64,000 bases of DNA. Origin: Azolla caroliniana. Taxonomy: Eukaryota; Plantae; Polypodiophyta. The DNA lies in assembly GCA_043228905.1 (NCBI GenBank), contig JBHGNT010000031.1, positions 272,883 to 336,882 on the forward strand. Reading direction: 5' to 3'. Below, one piece after another: positions 1-11,498 of the stretch; position 1 is the first letter of the stretch, and each line of letters begins with the position of its first letter. Under the pieces are notes generated by a model, which was given only the letters and a program-made list of their open reading frames with translations, made no database searches and was not told the origin of the DNA. Made by a program: the position numbers and the translations under genes.

Positions 1-124
1 GATTTACATTAGAGGTTGTATTGTGTAAGTCTACGCCTATTCTATTTTTCTGTCTGCATTGTTTGCTATTCATAACCGACAACAGATCCATACACGTTTC
101 CGCAAATCGCACTTGTTCCCAACA
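1..124 (+). repeat. 3' part of the 5' LTR of the decayed Copia
   Basis: Matches 14413-14536 at about 89%; ends in CA and is followed by the PBS. Confidence 0.9.
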
Positions 125-575
125 ACTGCTATCAGAGCGAATCTTTGTTGTTCGGCAGCAACAGACAACAGAAGAAGCTAAAAGAAATAACCAGGTTAGA
201 AATCTTAAGTTCACAAAAAGAATATGGCCTCAACATCCGGAACAAGAGTTGAAATCAAAAAATTCGACGGCAAAAACTTTGCCTTGTGGAAGGAGATGAT
301 GTAAGAAGTGTTGATCATTTGAAGACAAGTCAAAGCCATTCGGCACAGCGAAAAACCTACTTCAATGACAGCTGAGGAGTGGAAATCAATGGACGAAATC
401 GCACCCACCACCATCTGAATACATCTCGCCGAAAACACGAAAGAGACGATAGTGTTCTCATTGTGGGAGAACTACATAACGTTTATGAAAAGAAGTCCTC
501 ATCTTCGAAATTGATTTTGATCAAACAACTGTTCAACATGAAAATGAGAGAGACCGATCCGGCAACCTTCCACAT

Positions 576-1229
576 TGTTGGAAGACAGGTCCCTCCGGAT
601 GGGAAGGGAGAAGAACAGTGCCGACGATCAAACTCGGCCGAGGTCGATAGGCCGAGGCCGAAACGGAGAGTCGGATGGTGTAGGCCCGGTATGAACCGGA
701 TGAGGAGTACCCGACTGCGGAGAGTCGGATGGTGTAGGCCCGGTATGAACCGGATGGGAAGTACCCGACTGCGGAGAGTCGGATGGTGTAGGCCCGGTAT
801 GAACCGGATGGGAAGTACCCGACTGCGGAGAGCCGGATGGAGCCCATCGTGGCTACATTTGTAAATAGCCGAAAAGTCATATTAGTATAAATATGACTTA
901 GGGCAAACTGTTTTTGTAGTTGTCGTTTTGTTGTTGTTATTTTCTTTCTTGTTGGTGCAAGAAGAAATTAGAGCGCGTAACTGTACAGAGAGAGAGAGAG
1001 AGACGAGGTCGTTGCCTCATTGATCTCACTGGTGTATATTTCTGCATAGTGACAGTTTGCAGCTTGTGGGCTGCCGTGGTTTTTCCCCCTACTTTGGGGT
1101 TTTCCACGTATACCTCCTGTGTACCTTTTCTCCTCTTTTGTGTCGCGTTTCATTACCTGTTTTTCTGTGTATGTAAAGAATCTCAGTTGTGGCCGAGCGT
1201 TGGACATAAGGAACGTCAAGTTCTCAACA
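576..1229. mobile_element. Solo LTR (654 bp) inserted in Copia gag
   Basis: Termini TGTTG...CAACA; perfect 5-bp TSD CACAT at 571-575 and 1230-1234. Removing it rejoins gag as ETDPATFH-INTFSRMLSDL. Confidence 0.92.
664..840. repeat. 54-bp tandem repeat, about 3.3 copies, inside the solo LTR
   Basis: Unit cggagagtcggatggtgtaggcccggtatgaaccggatg(a/g)g(g/a)agtacccgactg starts at 664, 718 and 772, with a partial copy at 826. Confidence 0.95.
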
Positions 1230-2369
1230 CACATCAACACCTTCAGTCGGATGTTGTCAGATCTCTCGTCACAAGGGATCAACTTCAAAGAAGAAGTGAA
1301 AGCCCTTGCCCTCCTATCGAGCTTGCCGGCAAGTTGGGAGGTATTCTGCACGATATACGCCAATAGCCGACCTATCCTAAACTTGGACGAAACAATCGAC
1401 TAAGTCCTCACACAGGATGTCAGGTGAAAATCGATGGGACTAACCATCGATTAGTCGGCAGAAGCCCATCACTCGACCAAGTCGTTCGACCGACAGAGTC
1501 GAATGAAAGAACAAGCCGACAGAACCGACCGACACTACAGCCAATCGAAAACGAGGGGAAACCGATAGCGGTCGAAGTCGAAAACGAGCTGATCAAGCGA
1601 GTACTTCACACAATGCAGGAAAGTTGGCCACAATGTTTCCGACTGTTGGTCATTAAAAAGAAAAGAGAGTGCTCGACGATCCGAGCGGAATCGGGGACGT
1701 TCCGACTCGGACCACTTTCCAGTCGGCAACCAGATCAACGTTGCCAACACCCGATCCAGAGAAATCCTCTCCTTACAAGACTCCATGGTCGGAGAAGTAC
1801 TCTACAGTGCACAAGTTGCACACACGTGGCTACTAGACTCTGGTGCCACATTTCACGTGACCCCCAACATTGAATGGTTCTCGAACTATTCAGTCAACCC
1901 AGCGGCACAACCCGACTCGGAAACGGGCACGAGTGCAAGATAACCAAAATCGGGGAGGTTCCCATCAGATTGCCAAATGGTAACACAATAACCCTGCATC
2001 GAGTTTGGCACGTACCCAATATAAAGAGGATTTTGGTCTCCATCGGCATGTTAGCCAAAGACAGGTATAAAACGACTCTACACGAGTCGACATGGGTGAT
2101 CAGCCGAGGAAACCTCAAAATCAGTAGTGGGTACAAGTATAATATTCTATACCCATTGATGGCGATCAACCCTGAAGGGGCCGTTAACGTAGCCGAGAAA
2201 ACCGACCCGAACTTATGGCATGGCCGACTTGGCCACATGTCTCAAGCGGGACTTGGACAGCTGATGTCAGTCGGCTACATCCCGAAACTCCAAGCAAAGA
2301 CGAACTTCTGCGAGCATTGTCGATATGGGAAATAGACCTAAAGTCTGCACTTTCTCCACTACGAGACGG

Positions 2370-4322
2370 TGTCGAACGCAACCGCCGAAGTCTCTAGGAT
2401 TAGTGCGCATGAACCCTCGGTATTATCATCCTCTATCATTTCAACCATAGCCACCTTCTCGGCTATCTCTCCGTCATATGAATCGGCTTCGACCTTTGTT
2501 TTCTCTCCAACACCTTCCATTTCTTCGGTCTCACGTTGCCTTTCGAAAGCAACCGCCGGAGTCTCTGGAATCTGTGGTGGGGAAGTCTCAATATGACCAT
2601 CCGCCATTGATTCGTCCATAGCCACCTTCGATTCGATGTCATCTTTCGTGACGACCTCTTCAATCAAGTCCTCCTTGCTCTCTTTCACTGCATCACTTAT
2701 GCAAACATCAATTATGCTTACCCCTTTTTCACCCGATGTTTCGGACACTTGTATTCTGAAACCTTCTTCTACACTTGGGTTATCGGCCTTATCCTTCGCC
2801 GTCGTTCTTTCACAAGACAAGAGGGTAGCTTGTTTTACACCTTCTTCCGTCGCACCATCATGTTGTATTTCAGCCTTCATATCAGCTCCATCGTTTGTCT
2901 TCAATCAACCATCCTTCATCGGCCATGTCGTTGACAAGATTCTCATCTTCCTCTCATCATGTCTCCAGCATACCCTTTGGACTTTGGCCCAATCTTTGGT
3001 AAGACCATTCTCACCGTCATCGTCTTCGAGTTCGATCCCGATGTCCATCCTTTCTTTTCAATCGATCGATTTTACGAACATTAGGACTTTATCCTCTCCC
3101 ACCAATCTTTGTTCCCACTTCGAGAGTCGAGCAAAACGATGCTCGAACTCTAGGAATACTTGTGTTGCACTCCGGTAGGTCTTCTCCGATGCCACCCATT
3201 TGTCAAATTCTCGCCGATCTTGTCCCTTCGATCTCTTGAAATCATATGCCTCTCGTAAAGCTTCTTCAAAGGATTCCCATGTCGGGTTTGTTGCCCTATT
3301 TTGTGGATTCTCTCTTGTCATACGTGACTACTCGATTGAAGGATGTCACTTGCAATTCTTCCGGTATCCCACATCGCATCATCTCGGCCTTGTATTCGCA
3401 TAGATAGCTTGACACATCCTTTTCGTTGAATTCCCCGTTTCTTTGCACAAGCCGCGCTACTGCCGATTTCATCTCCTACATTGTGCATTGCTCTTCTTGC
3501 ATCCACTTAATCATCATCATCATCATATTCATCGCTTCTTGTTGATTCTCCATCTCCTTACCACCCCTCTTCATGTCGAGTTCACCACTTGTCTCATGCC
3601 TTTCGGCGTCGGATCGTTGCGTGAGTCGGGTGGGAACCATTGAGGTTTTCAACTAGGAGAAAAGAAAATTCTAAGGCAATGAAGAATATGAAATATGTTG
3701 TAAGAAAGAAAGATATGAAAAACTCGTGAATCCCACAAGTATAGTGTATTAGTAAGTACTCAAATTAAGAGAGAAAAAATAGTTAGCAAATTCGTGAATC
3801 CCATGATTATATTATATCAATCCACCCTTGTAAAATAAGCAACAACCCCCCATACATCTTTCTCTCCTCCTTATATAAGGATGGCAGAGGCTAAGCATAG
3901 CTTCATGCTTTTTCTAAAGTGTTCATGCACACTAAATGTGCATGAGTTGCCTTTTTACACTATGCTTTTATTTCCTAAATATAGTGCTCATGCTCGTTAG
4001 ATGTGCACGAGTCATTTTTAATTGGTGTACATTTTTCTTATAAATAAAGTAGTCACGCATTCTAAAAAAAATGCATGACTTACCTTTTAATAAAGGTAGA
4101 CGTAAATAAAGGTCTTATACGTATTAAATCTAAATTTAAAACACTTAGGATAAGTTAGTACAATGGTAAGGTTGGGGTTTGTCTATGTGGATGTACAAGG
4201 TTCAAATTTTGCCCTATGCACGTAATAAATATTTTTAATATTTTACGTTATTTATTATACGTACTTTACATCGGATATAGTATTTTACATATTTCACGTA
4301 GTGTGTGATTCACACTACGACA
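2370..4322 (-). mobile_element. Truncated Gypsy-type element (one LTR plus degenerate gag) inserted in the Copia integrase
   Basis: AT-rich LTR-like block ~3696-4322 with TG...CA ends. Minus-strand gag-like frames include TWESFEEALREAY...EDKVLMFVKSID. Flanks are ACGG(T)/ATGG(T). Removing it restores Copia HYETVRQPLELVH. Confidence 0.75.
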
Positions 4323-4828
4323 ATGGTACGACAACCCCTAGAGCTCGTGCACACAAACATATGTGGGCCCATGCCAGAGTGATCACTAGGAGGCTCCCGG
4401 TACTTCATCACATTCGTAGATGACTATACACGGAAAGTTTAGGCATACTCCATCAAGTCCAAAGATTAAGCGCTCGAGGTCTTCACTCGATGGATATTTG
4501 AAGTGGAGAACCGGTCGAGATACAGAGTGAAGACACTCCGATCCGACAACGGAGGTGAGTACACCTCTAGAGCCTTCAAACGGTACCTGTCCGGAAAAGG
4601 GATCCGACACCAAAAGATTGTTTCCTACACACCCATGCAAAATGAGTGTTGCCTCTTAGGAACACGGTCCGTGGCCAGTCCTTCGACCTAGACCCCAAGG
4701 TGGGTGTGGAACAACGAACAGGGTTTAAGTGTACTGTGTAAGGAGAGAACCTCTGTAATTCCTCCGCGTATAAGGGAAGACGGCTACAACCTAAGGGTAT
4801 AACACCGTTATACGCGGAAGACACAAAT

Positions 4829-7800
4829 ATGTTGGCTGGGGTGGAGGATGCCGAATTGGAAGCGTACCTTGACGAACATCCTCGGATTATTCCGCTCTTC
4901 GAAATAGATGTCATCGCAACTGCGGCAGAATATACTACGGCCATTGTCCCGCACGAAGAGCCGTACGAACCAAACCCAGAGTCCATATTGGAACTCAACA
5001 GAGCACAGGTGGCATTCAAAAGGGAAATGGAGATTTCACGACGAGTCACCGCTTCTGCTCTCGACGAAGTGAATGTGGGTACGGAATTGGAACCTCAGTT
5101 CCTCTCCATAGCAAAGGAATTGACGCCGAACCAAAGAATCACAATGATCGAACTACTCCCGGAATATAAAGATGTGTTCGCTTGGGCTCACGTGGACATG
5201 AAGGGGTTAGATCCCAAGTTCTATCAGCATAAGATCAATTTAGCAACTGATGCGAAACCTATCCAACAGCGCCGCTACCGCATGAACCCCAATTACGCAA
5301 CCCGCGTGAAAGAAGAAATTGACAAGTTGCTGAGGGCGGGGTTCATACGGCCAATTAAACAAGAGACATGGCTAAGCCCGATAGTGGTTGTCCCAAAGAA
5401 AAATGGCAAAATATGGGTATGTGTAGATTATCGAAAATTAAACGTCGTAACCATTACGGACGCATTTCCCTTACCCTTCACCGATAGCGTGCTGGACGCC
5501 GTCGCAGGCCATGAGATGTACAGTTTTTTAGATGGCTTCAGTGGCTATAACCAAGTACGCATGCACCCCGAGGACCAGGTGAAGACGGCGTTTGTCACGG
5601 ACTGGGGAGTCTATGTGGCGGTCGTCGTGATGTTCGGGCTAAAGACAGCGCCGGCAACATTTCAACGAATGATTACGGAGATCTTTGGGGAATACATTCC
5701 GCCGTTCATGCAAGTCTTTTTAGACGATTTTGCGGTATATGGGCAAACAAAAGACCATTTTTCGCACTTACGTCTGTGCTTGGAACGTTGCCGCACCGCA
5801 TGCTTGAGCCTGAATCCCGCGAAATGTGCCTTCGGCGTGACCAACGGGACTCTCCTAGGCCACATTGTCAGCAAAGAAGGAATAGCGGTCGACCCAAACA
5901 AGATCTCCGCTATTACGCAAGCTAAAACTCCGACAAATGCCAAATCACTTGGATGATTTTTGGGCCAAATACGGTGGCATAGTCGGATGATACGGTATTT
6001 GGCGGACTTCGCCACGCCACTACACGTTGTCGTACATCGGACTCCTTTCCAATGGACTGCAACAGAGGATAAGGCCTATGAGGCACTTAAGATAATGCTC
6101 ACACATGCCCCCATCGTACAACCTCTAGTTTGGGCGAAGCCATTCCACGTGTTCGTCGACGCCTCGGACATAGCAATAGGAAGCGCGCTAATGCAACTCA
6201 CCAAACCAAACTGGTACAGGCCAGTATACTACGCAAGTCGTAAATTGTTAGCAGCAGAGCGTAACTATTCCACAACAGAGCGGGAGGCGCTAGGGATGAT
6301 CTATAGCATCAATAAATTCCGACATTATTTACTAGGACGGAAATTCACGTTCCACGTGGATCATTCGGCATTATTGTATTTGGTGGAGAAACAAGCCCTG
6401 ACAGGGAAATTGGCGCGGTGGATGCTGCTGCTCCAGGAATTCGAGTTCGTAATTCAGTACCGGCCAGGGACGCAACACGCAGTGGCGGATTTTTTGAGCA
6501 GACTTGAGAACAGAGAAACAGTACAGAAAGACGACGTCGATTTTCCGGACGTTGACATTTGGCGAGTAGCGACACTTGCAGAAAAAATGGAATCCACCTT
6601 TCCGGACCGATGGCTTATGGAAATGACGTACTTTTTAACTACAGGACTACCTCCACCACAATTACGCACAGACGAGAAGAAACGACTAGCCGTCAGAAGC
6701 CGTCACTTCTGCCTTGTCGAAGGAAATTTATATCACAAAGGAAGTGACGGCATTTGGCGACGTAGAGTCCGTCAGGATGAGAAAGCAGTAGTTTTACGGG
6801 AGGCACACTGCGGCACGGTCGGCGACCATTACGCGGGCAACGTGACAGCCCGCAAAGTATGGCAGGCAGGCTTATGGTGGCCAACAACGCAGAAGGACAC
6901 ATCCGAGTATTGTAGAAAGTGTGATTTGTGCCAGCGGATGGGTCAGCCCGCGGAAGACGCAAGGATGCCACACCAGCCCGTATTACCGCTAGACCCCTTC
7001 CAAAAGTGGGGATTGGATTTTGTGGGGCCCTTCACACCAGCAGCGGCCCGTACGGGCAACAAATACATATTGGTAGCCACGGATTACTGTACCAAATGGG
7101 TAGAAGCAAAGGCACTATGTGAAAATACGGCGGCCGTCACAGCCAAATTTCTTTACGAGCACATCTGGTGCCGGTTCGGCTGTCCGATTGAGCTTATCAG
7201 TGACCAGGGGAGCCACTTCCTCAACATGGTGGTTCGGGAACTAACACAGCATTACGCAGTAGTCCACAAGAAGAGCACACCATACTACCCGCAAGCGAAT
7301 GGATTAACGGAATCCACGAACAAAACTTTACAGACCATTTTGAAGAAAATCATCAATGAAAATAGAACTGACTGGGATATCAAACTCTAGAGTGCGTTAT
7401 GGGCGTACAGAACTAGTTACAAAACAAGCATACAGTCAACACCGTTCCGGCTAGCGTTTGGACTAGAGGCTATGATGCCGGTCAAATTTCGGGTACCTAG
7501 TTTGCGCATTCAGGTACGGAACCGATTATCAGAAGCCAAGTCGGAGGAGGAACGACTCTACCAACTCCTCGAACTAGGGGAAAAACGTGTCCACAGCATG
7601 GTTTTGTTGGAACAAGAACAGCGACGGCATAAAGCGTTTGTCGATCGACATCAGAGTGCAAGGGAAAAGGAGTTCGCCGTGGGCCGAGCGGTGCTAGTTT
7701 TTCAAATGCGCATGGGCCATATGCCAGGGAAGTTACGTTTCCGCTGGACCGGCCCATACTAGATAATTGGAGCGGAACAGGGCACATTCCAACTAGGAAC

Positions 7801-7921
7801 GCTGGCTGGAGAAATAGTACGGCAAAAAGTGAATGGGTTTCGGCTCAAACCTTACCTGGGCCCTACTCCACCTAACCCATTCACCGCCGAACGGGACAAA
7901 GCCGGAGAACCCGCAGTGTAA
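4829..7921 (+). pseudogene. Gypsy pol (RT, RNase H, integrase) with three in-frame stops
   Basis: ORFs 4829-5956, 5960-7390 and 7472-7762 share one frame, which continues to 7921. Motifs: DVFAW, CVDYRKLN, LDGFSGYNQ, MFGLKTAPATFQR, VFLDD; RH VDASDIAIG, EREAL; INT H-H-C-C, WGLDFVGP, SDQGSHF, PQANG. Confidence 0.93.
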
Positions 7922-8064
7922 TATGGACAGTCCCATTTGTACTATAATGTAAAAATAGGTTGTAAATAACCGTTACGAAAAAAAAAAAAAAGAGAGAAGA
8001 TAGTGACTATTAAAACGACTAAAGGCATGCACAAACTCCTAGTTCAAGAACACGCGGCACCACG

Positions 8065-11000
8065 ATGGCTCACCGCCCAATGAACCCTAAGCCACAAAAA
8101 GAAGGAAACAGAAGATTTTCTGCACAAAGCAAAAACCCATCTTCTAGCTATCAGCGCTCCCATCGCTCCTCCTCCTCACCTTCTTCCCCATCCTATCTCA
8201 GAGCTCCAACTCACCACTACTACCCGTCTCCTCTCCACGAACCTACTCTGGCGATGTCGATCTTCATCTCTACTGCCCTACGCCGATGGCTCGTGGAGAA
8301 ACGCCTGGATGGTTACATTCGGGCCGCAGAAGCACCTCCGCACCCGAACGCCATGGACATCACCAGGCAGCTTAACATCGACACGGTCACCAACTCTTCC
8401 ATTCGGAAGAAGTTAGACCTATCCTCACTAGGCGAAAGACATTTCAAAATACCTCCTGCAGAGGCGCTGCAGCGGTATTTTGACCCATATTCATCCTCCG
8501 CCAAGGCCTATAGAACAAAACAGATTCCGGATCCCTTCTTCCGTGAAGTTGCCAAGTTCCTACTGGAAGTCGGCTACGTCCATGTCAACGCATACGGGAT
8601 GCCTAAGCAGAAGGCGGGCATCATTATCGACACCTTTGAAGGGCGTACAGTCGACTGGGGGGTCATCACAGGGCCGGCATTAAGGGAAGGCTTGCATGCG
8701 TACCAAGCAGGCAAAAAGCTCAGGCCAATCATCCAACAATACCTTACGGTATTGTTTCCACCCCGAGGCCTGCCAGCACCGCAGCCCAACCAACCCACGG
8801 CCCCGCCCCGATCCGCGAAACGCAGGTTAGTGAAGTTAGCGGCCCCAGAGTGGGAGGAGGAACCCCAACCGGCCCAGCTAGGCCCAAGGACAACACCTCC
8901 TACCGACCAGCCGGACACACGGGCGACGCAGGAGGAACAGCCGAGACGCCCCATGGAAGCAGCCCTAGAACCAAACACCGAAGCATGGCAGGAAAGCCCT
9001 AGACCAAAACGACGCAGATTGGACAGGAAAGATGGGCGGGGGTTGGTAAACAACGCTCCCACGGCTCCGGAGGCACCGACCGAAGGTGAAGGCTCCGCAA
9101 CAACAGAGCCGAATACCACCTTCGAAATCATCCGGGAGCTGCAGCCAATTATTACGACTCAATCCCAACAAGGGAAAGCCGTATTGACGGCAGAAAGTGA
9201 GGTTCTGGCATATCCGGATATCTCGGATACGGCCCAACGAATTCAGCGCCCTCTTGTAGTTCGGTACCTCTTTCGACCTCATGAAGTTCCTGGCAACACA
9301 ACAGGTCAAAGCCGCCCAACGAATGGCCGAGGAGCATGCGGAACGTCAGATGATAGAGCGCGCCCTAACACAAACAACGGAGAGCGACGATGAGGACCAG
9401 CTAGCCAGGGTCGGCAGACATAGGAACGCCGAGGTACGGCGAGTAGGGATGGAGATACCACCCTTAAACACGGCCCTAGTCGAAGTCCATCAAGAACTGG
9501 CAAAGGTCAGCACAGGCGCCAAGGAGATGGCCATAAAAAATAAGAATGTCTGGAAGAAGGTTAAACTGACCGAAGTCGAACTACAAAAGGCCAACGCACG
9601 CATCGCGGAGTTGGAAGCTCACGCAACTACGGCGCAACACGAAACCCCGCCACCGAACCACGTTATTAATGCTCTAAAAGAAGAAATTGAGGCTCAGACC
9701 GCCATCGCCTCAAAAGCAAAAAGGGTCGTGCAGCTAGCAGAATCTGAAATTGACCGTCTTCGAGCAGAACTACGCCAATCCTCCGACAAAGAAAAGGAGA
9801 TACGGGCTAACGGACGGAAGGCCATAAAAACTCTTGAAGAGAAACTAGCTACGGAGGTAGCCCAACACATCCGGACAAAAGACGACAACGCCCAATTACT
9901 GTTACCCGTTCCTTTGGGTGAACACCTTCGATAGACCTACGGCTATCGGTATTCAAGGGTGTGGTACGTGAAGGCTCGTAACAGAGGCGTCATGAGGGAG
10001 AAAATGATCAGAGATAAAACACTAGCAAGATCTTAATATGCGTGGGCAGCGCTAAAATCATAAGTATGAACCAAAGCACAGACACATGGAGCAAAATCGG
10101 CACAAATTAGATATATTACTGCGACAGAAAAAGGATTACAAAACACGGCCTATCTAGTTACGATGGACTAAGCTAGTGCTTCCGCCTATATTTTCTGCCC
10201 TCGCTCTGAGGTACTGGACCTCGTTTAAATATGTTTTCCCTAATACATAGCTGAGCCGTCGGTGGCCCGTGATACTCGGACTCGGCGCTCGCTGGCGTTC
10301 TTTCCTACTCGGTTACACTACCGCCGTTTGCTAATTTCCTAATTCTATATTTCTGTCCTCTGGACAACAATTACGAGAGGACGCGAAGAAATCAGAGGCA
10401 GCAACAGCGGAACTTCAGGCCTTCTTAGAAAAAAAGAAGGTATGGTTCGATGAGCAGTTGGTGGTCGAACAAGACAGAAGGCATCAACTCGAAATCCGCC
10501 TAAACAATGAAATGGGGAAATTAGAAGAATAGCATGCAAAGAAATCCCAGCTGTGGGCGGGCCTGAAGGCCACATATGAGGAAGCGACAGCCGTTAAACA
10601 GCAGGAAATCGCAAATCTCCAGAAGTCAATGGAAGACGCACGCAACCGCTACCAGGCCATCACGAATAACGTGCGCATCCTTCTCCAAACCAACCGGGAA
10701 AGGTTCACAGCGCAATTGAAAACGGCACTGGACAAAGGATGGATGGCGTGGGCAACCCAAGCCGCGGAATTGCACACGTATCGTGCGGACTGGGAGAACC
10801 GGCGAAAAGACGGCCGAGGGTTTTATAAGCTAAATGAGGAGAGCATTGCGACCGTACGAGAGGACCTAGCGCAAGACTATTGCGTGCTAGCAGACCAACA
10901 CTCTGAAGAACTCGCACAACTCCTAGATGATTTTGGTGAAAGTCAGGAGGAGCTATTTCACCAGATCACACAAGCTGGCAACACGCACACAAACGAGGAA

Positions 11001-11498
11001 CCCAGCGAGACACCAATTCCGGTCACAGCCGAAGAAGAGGAACCTCAGGCCCGATCACCAGGGATGACAACGGGGGAGAATAGCGGGGACCAACGAGCGG
11101 AGCTCCCCACAGGACCAGACAACGAAACCATTACCCAACAAGAGGTCCAGTCGCACCAGCCCACACCATCTTCAGAAAACGCGGAAAATAGTGCGGACCA
11201 GGCGGAATCCCTGCCCCACGCCCAGGGACACACAAAAACGGCCAACATTGCGGAGGACGTAACAATAGAGGCTGAGCTGCAGCCGACTGCAAGCACGCCA
11301 ACGGCGGAGCCCAACCCACTAACTCAAGAAGAGCTCATTGTACCCGGACCACCCGCACACGGCGAAGGCGACCCCGAGAGAAACCAGGCCGACCAAGCAG
11401 AGGAGCCGCACCACGATGCACCTACGGGCCCTACATCAACTCCGGACGAGGACACCACAACAGAGCCGAACATCCGGGCCATTTTGGAAGAAGATTAA
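8065..11498 (+). pseudogene. Additional sense ORF downstream of pol (env-like position), coiled-coil rich, interrupted by a solo LTR
   Basis: ORF 8065-9393 shifts frame near 9250 into ORF 9281. After removing the 9900-10369 insert plus one TSD copy (475 bp), that frame continues into 10375-11498 with one TAG at 10530. Confidence 0.75.
9900..10369. mobile_element. Solo LTR (470 bp) in the additional ORF
   Basis: TGTT...AACA termini; perfect TSD ATTAC at 9895-9899 and 10370-10374. Removing it restores the frame DDNAQL-REDAKKSE. Confidence 0.9.

Noticed and set aside
379-880. ORFs with repeated RRVGWCRPGMNR peptides
   Set aside because: By-product of the 54-bp repeat (a multiple of 3) inside a solo LTR.
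4647-4653. TGTTGCC as the start of a Gypsy LTR
   Set aside because: It fits Copia integrase codons (G)VA; there is no matching end and no TSD.
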